Below, one piece after another: positions 30,001 through 45,000 of a stretch of DNA of 64,000 bases. The DNA comes from Eledone cirrhosa (taxonomy: Eukaryota): contig OZ024748.1 in the NCBI GenBank assembly GCA_964016885.1, positions 29,140,001-29,204,000 on the forward strand. The letters are read 5' to 3'. Both the position numbers and the translations under genes were made by a program. Each line of letters starts with the position of its first letter. The stretch's first letter is position 1. Under the pieces are notes generated by a model. The model worked only from the letters and a program-made list of their open reading frames with translations. It did no database searches and was not told the origin of the DNA.

Positions 30001-33000
30001 GTAGTTAGAATCACTAACTCCACCCTGAAACTACAGTAGTTAGTATCACTAACTCTACCCTGAAACTTCAGTAGTTAGAATCACTAACTCCACCCTGAAA
30101 CTACAGTAGTTAGAATCACTAACTCCACCTTAAAACTACAGTAGTTAGTATCACTAACTCCACCCTGAAACTACAGTAGTTAGTATCACTAACTCCACCG
30201 TGAAACTACAGTAGTTAGTATCACTAACTCCACCCTGAAACTACAGTAGTTAGAATCACTAACTCCACCCTAAAACTACAGTAGTTAGAATCACTAACTC
30301 CACCCTGAAACTACAGTAGTTAGTATCACTAACTCCACCCTGAAACTTCAGTAGTTAGAATCACTAACTCCACCCTGAAACTACAGTAATTAGAATCACT
30401 AACTCCACCCTAAAACTACAGTAGTTAGTATCACTAACTCCACCCTGAAACTACAGTAGTTAGTATCACTAACTCCACCCTGAAACTACAGTAGTTACAA
30501 TCACTAACTCCACCCTGAAACTACAGTAGTTAGAATCACTAACTCCACCCTGAAACTACAGTAGTTAGTATCACTAACTCCACCCTGAAACTACAGTAGT
30601 TAGTATCACTAACTCCACCCTGAAACTACAGTAGTTAGAATCACTAACTCCACCCTGAAACTTCAGTAGTTAGAATCACTAACTCCACCCTGAAACTACA
30701 GTAGTTAGAATCACTAACTCCACCCTGAAACTACAGTAGTTAGAATCACTAACTCCACCCTGAAACTTCAGTAGTTAGAATCACTAACTCCACCCTGAAA
30801 CTTCAGTAGTTAATATCACTAACTCCACCCTAAAACTACAGTAGTTAGAATCACTAACTCCACCCTGAAACTACAGTAATTAGAATGACTAACTCCACCC
30901 TGAAACTACATTAGTTAGTATCACTAACTCCACCCTGAAACTACAGTAGTTAGTATCACTAACTGCACCCTGAAACTACAGTAGTTAGAATCACTAACTC
31001 CACCCTGAAACTACAGTAGTTAGAATCACTAACTCCACCCTGAAACTACAGTAGTTAGAATCACTAACTCCACCCTGAAACTACAGTAGTTAGAATCACT
31101 AACTCCACCCTGAAACTACAGTAGTTACAATCACTAACTCCACCCTGAAACTACAGTAGTTAGAATCACTAACTCCACCCTGAAACTACAGTAGTTAGTA
31201 TCACTAACTCCACCCTGAAACTACAGTAGTTAGTATCACTAACTCCACCCTGAAACTACAGTAGTTAGAATCACTAACTCCACCCTGAAACTACAGTAGT
31301 TAGAATCACTAACTCCACCCTGAATCTACAGTAGTTAGTATCACTAACTCCACCCTAAAACTACAGTAGTTAGAATCACTAACTCCAACCTGAAACTACA
31401 GTAGTTAGAATCACTAACTCCACCCTAAAACTACAGTAGTTAATATCACTAACTCCACCCTGAAACTACAGTAGTTAGTATCACTAACTCCACCCTGAAA
31501 CTACAGTAGTTAGTATCACTAACTCTACCCTAAAACTACAGTAGTTAGTATCACTAACTCCACCCTGAAACTACAGTAGTTAGTATCACTAACTCCACCC
31601 TGAAACTACAGTAGTTAGAATCACTAACTCCACCCTGCAACTACAGTAGTTAGAATCACTAACTCCACCCTGAAACTACAGTAGTTAGTATCACTAACTC
31701 CACCCTGAAACTTCAGTAGTTAGTATCACTAACTCCACCCTGAAACTTCAGTAGTTAGAGTCACTAACTCCACCCTAAAACTACAGTAGTTAGAATCACT
31801 AACTCCACCCTAAAACTACAGTAGTTAGAATCACTAACTCTACCCTGAAACTACAGTAGTTAGAATCACTAACTCCACCCTGAAACTACAGTAGTTAGTA
31901 TCACTAACTCCACCCTGAAACTTCAGTAGTTAGAATCACTAACTCCACCCTGAAACTACAGTAGTTAGTATCACTAACTCCACCCTGAAACTTCAGTAGT
32001 TAGAATTACTAACTCCACCCTGAAACTACAGTAGTTAGAATCACTAACTCCACCCTAAAACTACAGTAGTTAGTATCACTAACTCCACCCTGAAACTTCA
32101 GTAGTTAGAATCACTAACTCCACCCTGAAACTTCAGTAGTTAGAATCACTAACTCCACCCTGAAACTACAGTAGTTAGTATCACTAACTCCACCCTGAAA
32201 CTTCAGTAGTTAGAATCACTAACTCCACCCTGAAACTACAGTAGTTAGAATCACTAACTCCACCCTGAAACTTCAGTAGTTAGAATCACTAACTCCACCC
32301 TAAAACTACAGTAGTTAGAATCACTAACTCCACCCTGAAACTTCAGTAATTAGAATCACTAACTCCACCCTGAAACTACAGTAGTTAGAATCACTAACTC
32401 CACCCTGAAACTTCAGTAATTAGAATCACTAACTCCACCCTAAAACTACAGTAATTAGTATCACTAACTCTACCCTAAAACTACAGTAGTTAGTATCACT
32501 AACTCCACCCTGAAACTACAGTAGTTAGAATCACTAACTCCACCCTGAAACTACAGTAGTTAGAATCACTAACTCCACCCTGAAACTACAGTAGTTAGTA
32601 TCACTAACTCCACCCTAAAACTACAGTAGTTAGTATCACTAACTCCACCCTGAAACTACAGTAGTTAGAATCACTAACTCCACCCTGAAACTACAGTAGT
32701 TAGAATCACTAACTCCACCCTGAATCTACAGTAGTTAGTATCACTAACTCCACCCTAAAACTACAGTAGTTAGAATCACTAACTCCAACCTGAAACTACA
32801 GTAGTTAGAATCACTAACTCCACCCTAAAACTACAGTAGTTAATATCACTAACTCCACCCTGAAACTACAGTAGTTAGTATCACTAACTCCACCCTGAAA
32901 CTACAGTAGTTAGTATCACTAACTCTACCCTAAAACTACAGTAGTTAGTATCACTAACTCCACCCTGAAACTACAGTAGTTAGTATCACTAACTCCACCC

Positions 33001-36000
33001 TGAAACTACAGTAGTTAGAATCACTAACTCCACCCTGCAACTACAGTAGTTAGAATCACTAACTCCACCCTGAAACTACAGTAGTTAGTATCACTAACTC
33101 CACCCTGAAACTTCAGTAGTTAGTATCACTAACTCCACCCTGAAACTTCAGTAGTTAGAGTCACTAACTCCACCCTAAAACTACAGTAGTTAGAATCACT
33201 AACTCCACCCTAAAACTACAGTAGTTAGAATCACTAACTCTACCCTGAAACTACAGTAGTTAGAATCACTAACTCCACCCTGAAACTACAGTAGTTAGTA
33301 TCACTAACTCCACCCTGAAACTTCAGTAGTTAGAATCACTAACTCCACCCTGAAACTACAGTAGTTAGTATCACTAACTCCACCCTGAAACTTCAGTAGT
33401 TAGAATTACTAACTCCACCCTGAAACTACAGTAGTTAGAATCACTAACTCCACCCTAAAACTACAGTAGTTAGTATCACTAACTCCACCCTGAAACTTCA
33501 GTAGTTAGAATCACTAACTCCACCCTGAAACTTCAGTAGTTAGAATCACTAACTCCACCCTGAAACTACAGTAGTTAGTATCACTAACTCCACCCTGAAA
33601 CTTCAGTAGTTAGAATCACTAACTCCACCCTGAAACTACAGTAGTTAGAATCACTAACTCCACCCTGAAACTTCAGTAGTTAGAATCACTAACTCCACCC
33701 TAAAACTACAGTAGTTAGAATCACTAACTCCACCCTGAAACTTCAGTAATTAGAATCACTAACTCCACCCTGAAACTACAGTAGTTAGAATCACTAACTC
33801 CACCCTGAAACTTCAGTAATTAGAATCACTAACTCCACCCTAAAACTACAGTAATTAGTATCACTAACTCTACCCTAAAACTACAGTAGTTAGTATCACT
33901 AACTCCACCCTGAAACTACAGTAGTTAGAATCACTAACTCCACCCTGAAACTACAGTAGTTAGAATCACTAACTCCACCCTGAAACTACAGTAGTTAGTA
34001 TCACTAACTCCACCCTGAAACTGCAGTAGTTAGAATCACTAACTCCACCCTAAAACTACAGTAGTTAGAATCACTAACTCCACTCTGAAACTTCAGTAAT
34101 TAGAATCACTAACTCCACCCTGAAACTACAGTAGTTAGAATCACTAACTCCACCCTGAAACTTCAATAATTAGTATCACTAACTCCACCCTGAAACTACA
34201 GTAGTTAGAATCACTAACTCCACCCTGAAACTTCAGTAGTTAGAATCACTAACTCCACCCTTAAACTACAGTAGTTAGTATCACTAACTCCACCCTGAAA
34301 CTACAGTAGTTAGAATCACTAACTCCACCCTCAAACTTCAGTAGTTTGAATCACTAACTCCACCCTGAAACTACAGTAGTTAGTATCACTAACTCCACCC
34401 TGAAACTTCAGTAGTTAGAATCACTAACTCCACCCTGAAACTTCAGTAGTTAGAATCACTAACTCCACCCTGAAACTACAGTAGTTAGTAGCACTAACTC
34501 CACCCTGAAACTACAGTAGTTAGTATCACTAACTCCACCCTGAAACTACAGTAGTTAGAATCACTAACTCCACCGTGAAACTACAGTAGTTAGAATCACT
34601 AACTCCACTCTGAAACTACAGTAGTTAGAATCACTAACTCCACCCTGAAACTACAGTAGTTAGTATCACTAACTCCACCCTGAAACTTCAGTAGTTAGAA
34701 TCACTAACTCCACCCTGAAACTACAGTAGTTAGAATCACTAACTCCACCCTGAAACTACAGTAGTTAGTATCACTAACTCCACCCTGAAACTTCAGTAGT
34801 TAGAATCACTAACTCCACCCTGAAACTACAGTAGTTAGAATCACTAACTCCACCCTGAAACTTCAGTAGTGAGAATCACTAACTCCACCCTGAAACTTCA
34901 GTAGTTAGAATCACTAACTCGACCCTGAAACTTCAGTAGTTAGAATCACTAACTCCACCCTGAAACTTCAGTAGTTAGAATCACTAACTCCACCCTAAAA
35001 CTACAGTAGTTAGTATCACTAACTCCACCCTGAAACTTCAGTAGTTAGAATCACTAACTCCACCCTGAAACTTCAGTAGTTAGAATCACTAACTCCACCC
35101 TGAAACTTCAGTAGTTAGAATCACTAACTCCACCCTGAAACTTCAGTAGTTAGAATCACTAACTCCACCCTGAAACTTCAGTAGTTAGAATCACTAACTC
35201 CACCCTAAAACTACAGTAGTTAGTATCACTAACTCCACCCTGAAACTTCAGTAGTTAGAATCACTAACTCCACCCTGAAACTTCAGTAGTTAGAATCACT
35301 AACTCCACCCTGAAACTACAGTAGTTAGAATCACTAACTCCACCCTGAAACTACAGCAGTTAGTATCACTAACTCCACCCTGAAACTTCAGTAGTTAGAA
35401 TCACTAACTCCACCCTGAAACTACAGTAGTTAGTATCACTAACTCCACCCTGAAACTTCAGTAGTTAGAATCACTAACTCCACCCTGAAACTACAGTAGT
35501 TAGTATCACTAACTCCACCCTGAAACTTCAGTAGTTAGAATCACTAACTCCACCCTGAAACTACAGTAGTTAGAATCACTAACTCCACCCTAAAACTACA
35601 GTAGTTAGTATCACTAACTCCACCCTGAAACTACAGTAGTTAGTATCACTAACTCCACCCTGAAACTACAGTAGTTAGTATCACTAACTCCACCCTGAAA
35701 CTACAGTAGTTAGAATCACTAACTCCACCCTAAAACTACAGTAGTTAGAATCACTAACTCCACCCTGAAACTACAGTAGTTAGTATCACTAACTCCACCC
35801 TGAAACTTCAGTAGTTAGAATCACTAACTCCACCCTGAAACTACAGTAATTAGAATCACTAACTCCACCCTAAAACTACAGTAGTTAGTATCACTAACTC
35901 CACCCTGAAACTACAGTAGTTAGTATCACTAACTCCACCCTGAAACTACAGTAGTTAGTATCACTAACTCCACCCTGAAACTACAGTAGTTAGTATTACT

Positions 36001-39000
36001 AACTCTACCCTAAAACTACAGTAGTTAGAATCACTAACTCCACCCTGAAACTACAGTAGTTAGAATCACTAACTCCACCCTAAAACTACAGTAGTTAGTA
36101 TCACTAACTCCACCCTGAAACTTCAGTAGTTAGAATCACTAACTCCACCCTGAAACTTCAGTAGTTAGAATCACTAACTCCACCCTGAAACTTCAGTAGT
36201 TAGAATCACTAACTCCACCCTGAAACTTCAGTAGTTAGAATCACTAACTCCACCCTGAAACTTCAGTAGTTAGAATCACTAACTCCACCCTAAAACTACA
36301 GTAGTTAGTATCACTAACTCCACCCTGAAACTTCAGTAGTTAGAATCACTAACTCCACCCTGAAACTTCAGTAGTTAGAATCACTAACTCCACCCTGAAA
36401 CTACAGTAGTTAGAATCACTAACTCCACCCTGAAACTACAGCAGTTAGTATCACTAACTCCACCCTGAAACTTCAGTAGTTAGAATCACTAACTCCACCC
36501 TGAAACTACAGTAGTTAGTATCACTAACTCCACCCTGAAACTTCAGTAGTTAGAATCACTAACTCCACCCTGAAACTTCAGTAGTTAGAATCACTAACTC
36601 CACCCTGAAACTACAGTAGTTAGTATCACTAACTCCACCCTGAAACTTCAGTAGTTAGAGTCACTAACTCCACCCTGAAACTACAGTAGTTAGTATCACT
36701 AACTCCACCCTGAAACTTCAGTAGTTAGAATCACTAACTCCACCCTGAAACTACAGTAGTTAGAATCACTAACTCCACCCTAAAACTACAGTAGTTAGTA
36801 TCACTAACTCCACCCTGAAACTACAGTAGTTAGTATCACTAACTCCACCCTGAAACTACAGTAGTTAGTATCACTAACTCCACCCTGAAACTACAGTAGT
36901 TAGAATCACTAACTCCACCCTAAAACTACAGTAGTTAGAATCACTAACTCCACCCTGAAACTACAGTAGTTAGTATCACTAACTCCACCCTGAAACTTAA
37001 GTAGTTAGAATCACTAACTCCACCCTGAAACTACACTAATTAGAATCAGTAACTCCACCCTAAAACTACAGTAGTTAGTATCACTAACTCCACCCTGAAA
37101 CTACAGTAGTTAGTATCACTAACTCCACCCTGAAACTACAGTAGTTAGTATCACTAACTCCACCCTGAAACTACAGTAGTTAGTATTACTAACTCTACCC
37201 TAAAACTACAGTAGTTAGAATCACTAACTCCACCCTGAAACTACAGTAGTTAGAATCACTAACTCCACCCTGAAACTTCAGTAGTTATAATCACTAACTC
37301 CACCCTGAAACTACAGTAGTTAGAATCACTCACTCCACCCTGAAACTTCAGTAGTTAGAATCACTAACTCCACCCTGAAACTACAGTAGTTAGAATCACT
37401 AACTCCACCCTGAAACTACAGTAGTTAGAATCACTAACTCCACCCTGAAACTTCAGTAGTTAGAATCACTAACTCCACCCTGAAACTTCAGTAGTTAATA
37501 TCACTAACTCCACCCTAAAACTACAGTAGTTAGAATCACTAACTCCACCCTGAAACTACAGTAATTAGAATGACTAACTCCACCCTGAAACTACATTAGT
37601 TAGTATCACTAACTCCACCCTGAAACTACAGTAGTTAGTATCACTAACTCCACCTTGAAACTACAGTAGTTAGAATCACTAACTCCACCCTGAAACTACA
37701 GTAGTTAGAATCACTAACTCCACCCTGAAACTACAGTAGTTAGAATCACTAACTCCACCCTGAAACTACAGTAGTTAGAATCACTAACTCCACCCTGAAA
37801 CTACAGTAGTTACAATCACTAACTCCACCCTGAAACTACAGTAGTTAGAATCACTAACTCCACCCTGAAACTACAGTAGTTAGTATCACTAACTCCACCC
37901 TGAAACTACAGTAGTTAGTATCACTAACTCCACCCTGAAACTACAGTAGTTAGAATCACTAACTCCACCCTGAAACTACAGTAGTTAGAATCACTAACTC
38001 CACCCTGAAACTACAGTAGTTAGAATCACTAACTCCACCCTGAAACTACAGTAGTTAGTATCACTAACTCCACCCTAAAACTACAGTAGTTAGAATCACT
38101 AACTCCAACCTGAAACTACAGTAGTTAGAATCACTAACTCCACCCTAAAACTACAGTAGTTAATATCACTAACTCCACCCTGAAACTACACTAGTTAGTA
38201 TCACTAACTCCACCCTGAAACTACAGTAGTTAGTATCACTAACTCTACCCTAAAACTACAGTAGTTAGTATCACTAACTCCACCCTGAAACTACAGTAGT
38301 TAGTATCACTAACTCCACCCTGAAACTACAGTAGTTAGAATCACTAACTCCACCCTGAAACTACAGTAGTTAGAATCACTAACTCCACCCTGAAACTACA
38401 GTAGTTAGTATCACTAACTCCACCCTGAAACTTCAGTAGTTAGTATCACTAACTCCACCCTGAAACTTCAGTAGTTAGAGTCACTAACTCCACCCTAAAA
38501 CTACAGTAGTTAGAATCACTAACTCCACCCTAAAACTACAGTAGTTAGAATCACTAACTCTACCCTGAAACTACAGTAGTTAGAATCACTAACTCCACCC
38601 TGAAACTACAGTAGTTAGTATCACTAACTCCACCCTGAAACTTCAGTAGTTAGAATCACTAACTCCACCCTGAAACTACAGTAGTTAGTATCACTAACTC
38701 CACCCTGAAACTTCAGTAGTTAGAATCACTAACTCCACCCTGAAACTACAGTAGTTAGAATCACTAACTCCACCCTAAAACTACAGTAGTTAGTATCACT
38801 AACTCCACCCTGAAACTTCAGTAGTTAGAATCACTAACTCCACCCTGAAACTTCAGTAGTTAGAATCACTAACTCCACCCTGAAACTACAGTAGTTAGTA
38901 TCACTAACTCCACCCTGAAACTTCAGTAGTTAGAATCACTAACTCCACCCTGAAACTACAGTAGTTAGAATCACTAACTCCACCCTGAAACTTCAGTAGT

Positions 39001-42000
39001 TAGAATCACTAACTCCACCCTAAAACTACAGTAGTTAGAATCACTAACTCCACCCTGAAACTTCAGTAATTAGAATCACTAACTCCACCCTGAAACTACA
39101 GTAGTTAGAATCACTAACTCCACCCTGAAACTTCAGTAATTAGAATCACTAACTCCACCCTAAAACTACAGTAATTAGTATCACTAACTCTACCCTAAAA
39201 CTACAGTAGTTAGTATCACTAACTCCACCCTGAAACTACAGTAGTTAGTATCACTAACTCCACCCTGAAACTACAGTAGTTAGAATCACTAACTCCACCC
39301 TGAAACTACAGTAGTTAGAATCACTAACTCCACCCTGAAACTACAGTAGTTAGTATCACTAACTCCACCCTGAAACTGCAGTAGTTAGAATCACTAACTC
39401 GACCCTAAAACTACAGTAGTTAGAATCACTAACTCCACCCTGAAACTTCAGTAATTAGAATCACTAACTCCACCCTGAAACTACAGTAGTTAGAATCACT
39501 AACTCCACCCTGAAACTTCAGTAATTAGTATCACTAACTCCACCCTGAAACTACAGTAGTTAGAATCACTAACTCCACCCTGAAACTTCAGTAGTTAGAA
39601 TCACTAACTCCACCCTAAAACTACAGTAGTTATAATCACTAACTCCACCCTGAAACTTCAGTAGTTAGAATCATTAACTCCACCCTGAAACTACAGTAGT
39701 TAGAATCATTAACTCCACCCTGAAACTACAGTAGTTAGAATCACTAACTCCACCCTAAAACTACAGTAGTTAGTATCACTAACTCCACCCTGAAACTACA
39801 GTAGTTAGTATCACTAACTCCACCCTGAAACTTCAGTAGTTAGAATCACTAACTCCACCCTGAAACTACAGTAGTTAGAATCACTAACTCCACCCTGAAA
39901 CTTCAGTAGTTAGAATCACTAACTCCACCCTAAAACTACAGTAGTTAGAATCACTAACTCCACCCTGAAACTTCAGTAATTAGAATCACTAACTCCACCC
40001 TGAAACTACAGTAGTTAGAATCACTAACTCCACCCTGAAACTTCAGTAATTAGAATCACTAACTCCACCCTAAAACTACAGTAATTAGTATCACTAACTC
40101 TACCCTAAAACTACAGTAGTTAGTATCACTAACTCCACCCTGAAACTACAGTAGTTAGTATCACTAACTCCACCCTGAAACTACAGTAGTTAGAATCACT
40201 AACTCCACCCTGAAACTACAGTAGTTAGAATCACTAACTCCACCCTGAAACTACAGTAGTTAGTATCACTAACTCCACCCTGAAACTGCAGTAGTTAGAA
40301 TCACTAACTCGACCCTAAAACTACAGTAGTTAGAATCACTAACTCCACCCTGAAACTTCAGTAATTAGAATCACTAACTCCACCCTGAAACTACAGTAGT
40401 TAGAATCACTAACTCCACCCTGAAACTTCAGTAATTAGTATCACTAACTCCACCCTGAAACTACAGTAGTTAGAATCACTAACTCCACCCTGAAACTTCA
40501 GTAGTTAGAATCACTAACTCCACCCTAAAACTACAGTAGTTATAATCACTAACTCCACCCTGAAACTTCAGTAGTTAGAATCATTAACTCCACCCTGAAA
40601 CTACAGTAGTTAGAATCACTAAGTCCACCCTGAAACTACAGTAGTTAGTATCACTAACTCCACCCTAAAACTACAGTAGTTAGTATCACTAACTCCACCC
40701 TGAAACTACAGTAGTTAGTATCACTAACTCCACCCTGAAACTACAGTAGTTAGTATCACTAACTCCACCCTGAAACTACAGTAGTTAGAATCACTAACTC
40801 TACCCTGAAACTACAGTAGTTAGTATCACTAACTCCACCCTGAAACTACAGTAGTTAGTATCACTAACTCCATCCTGAAACTACAGTAGTTAGTATCATT
40901 AACTCCACCCTGAAACTACAGTAGTTAGTATCACTAACTCCACCCTAAAACTATTTTAGTTAGTATCACTAACTCCACCCTAAAACTACAGTAGTTAGAA
41001 TCACTAACTCCACCCTAAAACTACAGTAGTTAGAATCACTAACTCCACCCTGAAACTACAGTAGTTAGAATCACTAACTCCACCCTAAAACTACAGTAGT
41101 TAATATCACTAACTCCACCCTGAAACTACAGTAGTTAGTATCACTAACTCCACCCTAAAACTACAGTAGTTAGTATCACTAACTCCACCCTGAAACTACA
41201 GTAGTTAGTATCACTAACTCCACCCTAAAACTACAGTAGTTAGAATCACTAACTCCAACCTGAAACTACAGTAGTTAGAATCACTAACTCCACCCTAAAA
41301 CTACAGTAGTTAATATCACTAACTCCACCCTGAAACTACAGTAGTTAGTATCACTAACTCCACCCTGAAACTACAGTAGTTAGTATCACTAACTCTACCC
41401 TAAAACTACAGTAGTTAGTATCACTAACTCCACCCTGAAACTACAGTAGTTAGTATCACTAACTCCACCCTGAAACTACAGTAGTTAGAATCACTAACTC
41501 CACCCTGAAACTACAGTAGTTAGAATCACTAACTCCACCCTGAAACTACAGTAGTTAGTATCACTAACTCCACCCTGAAACTTCAGTAGTTAGTATCACT
41601 AACTCTACCCTGAAACTTCAGTAGTTAGAGTCACTAACTCCACCCTAAAACTACAGTAGTTAGAATCACTAACTCCACCCTAAAACTACAGTAGTTAGAA
41701 TCACTAACTCTACCCTGAAACTACAGTAGTTAGAATCACTAACTCCACCCTGAAACTACAGTAGTTAGTATCACTAACTCCACCCTGAAACTTCAGTAGT
41801 TAGAATCACTAACTCCACCCTGAAACTACAGTAGTTAGTATCACTAACTCCACCCTGAAACTTCAGTAGTTAGAATCACTAACTCCACCCTGAAACTACA
41901 GTAGTTAGAATCACTAACTCCACCCTAAAACTACAGTAGTTAGTATCACTAACTCCACCCTGAAACTTCAGTAGTTAGAATCACTAACTCCACCCTGAAA

Positions 42001-45000
42001 CTTCAGTAGTTAGAATCACTAACTCCACCCTGAAACTACAGTAGTTAATATCACTAACTCCACCCTGAAACTTCAGTAGTTAGAATCACTAACTCCACCC
42101 TGAAACTACAGTAGTTAGAATCACTAACTCCACCCTGAAACTTCAGTAGTTAGAATCACTAACTCCACCCTAAAACTACAGTAGTTAGAATCACTAACTC
42201 CACCCTGAAACTTCAGTAATTAGAATCACTAACTCCACCCTGAAACTACAGTAGTTAGAATCACTAACTCCACCCTGAAACTTCAGTAATTAGAATCACT
42301 AACTCCACCCTAAAACTACAGTAATTAGTATCACTAACTCTACCCTAAAACTACAGTAGTTAGTATCACTAACTCCACCCTGAAACTACAGTAGTTAGTA
42401 TCACTAACTCCACCCTGAAACTACAGTAGTTAGAATCACTAACTCCACCCTGAAACTACAGTAGTTAGAATCACTAACTCCACCCTGAAACTACAGTAGT
42501 TAGTATCACTAACTCCACCCTGAAACTGCAGTAGTTAGAATCACTAACTCGACCCTAAAACTACAGTAGTTAGAATCACTAACTCCACCCTGAAACTTCA
42601 GTAATTAGAATCACTAACTCCACCCTGAAACTACAGTAGTTAGAATCACTAACTCCACCCTGAAACTTCAGTAATTAGTATCACTAACTCCACCCTGAAA
42701 CTACAGTAGTTAGAATCACTAACTCCACCCTGAAACTTCAGTAGTTAGAATCACTAACTCCACCCTAAAACTACAGTAGTTATAATCACTAACTCCACCC
42801 TGAAACTTCAGTAGTTAGAATCATTAACTCCACCCTGAAACTACAGTAGTTAGAATCACTAAGTCCACCCTGAAACTACAGTAGTTAGTATCACTAACTC
42901 CACCCTAAAACTACAGTAGTTAGTATCACTAACTCCACCCTGAAACTACAGTAGTTAGTATCACTAACTCCACCCTGAAACTACAGTAGTTAGTATCACT
43001 AACTCCACCCTGAAACTACAGTAGTTAGAATCACTAACTCTACCCTGAAACTACAGTAGTTAGTATCACTAACTCCACCCTGAAACTACAGTAGTTAGTA
43101 TCACTAACTCCATCCTGAAACTACAGTAGTTAGTATCATTAACTCCACCCTGAAACTACAGTAGTTAGTATCACTAACTCCACCCTAAAACTATTTTAGT
43201 TAGTATCACTAACTCCACCCTAAAACTACAGTAGTTAGAATCACTAACTCTACCCTGAAACTACAGTAGTTAATATCACTAACTCCACCCTAAAACTACA
43301 GTAGTTAGTATCACTAACTCCACCCTGAAACTACAGTAGTTAGAATCACTAACTCTACCCTGAAACTACAGTAGTTAATATCACTAACTCCACCCTAAAA
43401 CTACAGTAGTTAGTATCACTAACTCCACCCTAAAACTACAGTAGTTAGTATCACTAACTCCACCCTAAAACTACAGTAGTTAGAATCACTAACTCCAACC
43501 TGAAACTACAGTAGTTAGAATCACTAACTCCACCCTAAAACTACAGTAGTTAATATCACTAACTCCACCCTGAAACTACAGTAGTTAGTATCACTAACTC
43601 CACCCTGAAACTACAGTAGTTAGTATCACTAACTCTACCCTAAAACTACAGTAGTTAGTATCACTAACTCCACCCTGAAACTACAGTAGTTAGTATCACT
43701 AACTCCACCCTGAAACTACAGTAGTTAGAATCACTAACTCCACCCTGAAACTACAGTAGTTAGAATCACTAACTCCACCCTGAAACTACAGTAGTTAGTA
43801 TCACTAACTCCACCCTGAAACTTCAGTAGTTAGTATCACTAACTCCACCCTGAAACTTCAGTAGTTAGAGTCACTAACTCCACCCTAAAACTACAGTAGT
43901 TAGAATCACTAACTCCACCCTAAAACTACAGTAGTTAGAATCACTAACTCTACCCTGAAACTACAGTAGTTAGAATCACTAACTCCACCCTGAAACTACA
44001 GTAGTTAGTATCACTAACTCCACCCTGAAACTTCAGTAGTTAGAATCACTAACTCCACCCTGAAACTACAGTAGTTAGTATCACTAACTCCACCCTGAAA
44101 CTTCAGTAGTTAGAATCACTAACTCCACCCTGAAACTACAGTAGTTAGAATCACTAACTCCACCCTAAAACTACAGTAGTTAGTATCACTAACTCCACCC
44201 TGAAACTTCAGTAGTTAGAATCACTAACTCCACCCTGAAACTTCAGTAGTTAGAATCACTAACTCCACCCTGAAACTACAGTAGTTAGTATCACTAACTC
44301 CACCCTGAAACTTCAGTAGTTAGAATCACTAACTCCACCCTGAAACTACAGTAGTTAGAATCACTAACTCCACCCTGAAACTACAGTAGTTAGAATCACT
44401 AACTCCACCCTGAAACTACAGTAGTTAGAATCACTAACTCCACCCTAAAACTACAGTAGTTAGTATCACTAACTCCACCCTGAAACTTCAGTAGTTAGAA
44501 TCACTAACTCCACCCTGAAACTTCAGTAGTTAGAATCACTAACTCCACCCTGAAACTACAGTAGTTAGTATCACTAACTCCACCCTGAAACTTCAGTAGT
44601 TAGAATCACTAACTCCACCCTGAAACTACAGTAGTTAGAATCACTAACTCCACCCTGAAACTTCAGTAGTTAGAATCACTAACTCCACCCTAAAACTACA
44701 GTAGTTAGAATCACTAACTCCACCCTGAAACTTCAGTAATTAGAATCACTAACTCCACCCTGAAACTACAGTAGTTAGAATCACTAACTCCACCCTGAAA
44801 CTTCAGTAATTAGAATCACTAACTCCACCCTAAAACTACAGTAATTAGTATCACTAACTCTACCCTAAAACTACAGTAGTTAGTATCACTAACTCCACCC
44901 TGAAACTACAGTAGTTAGTATCACTAACTCCACCCTGAAACTACAGTAGTTAGAATCACTAACTCCACCCTGAAACTACAGTAGTTAGAATCACTAACTC

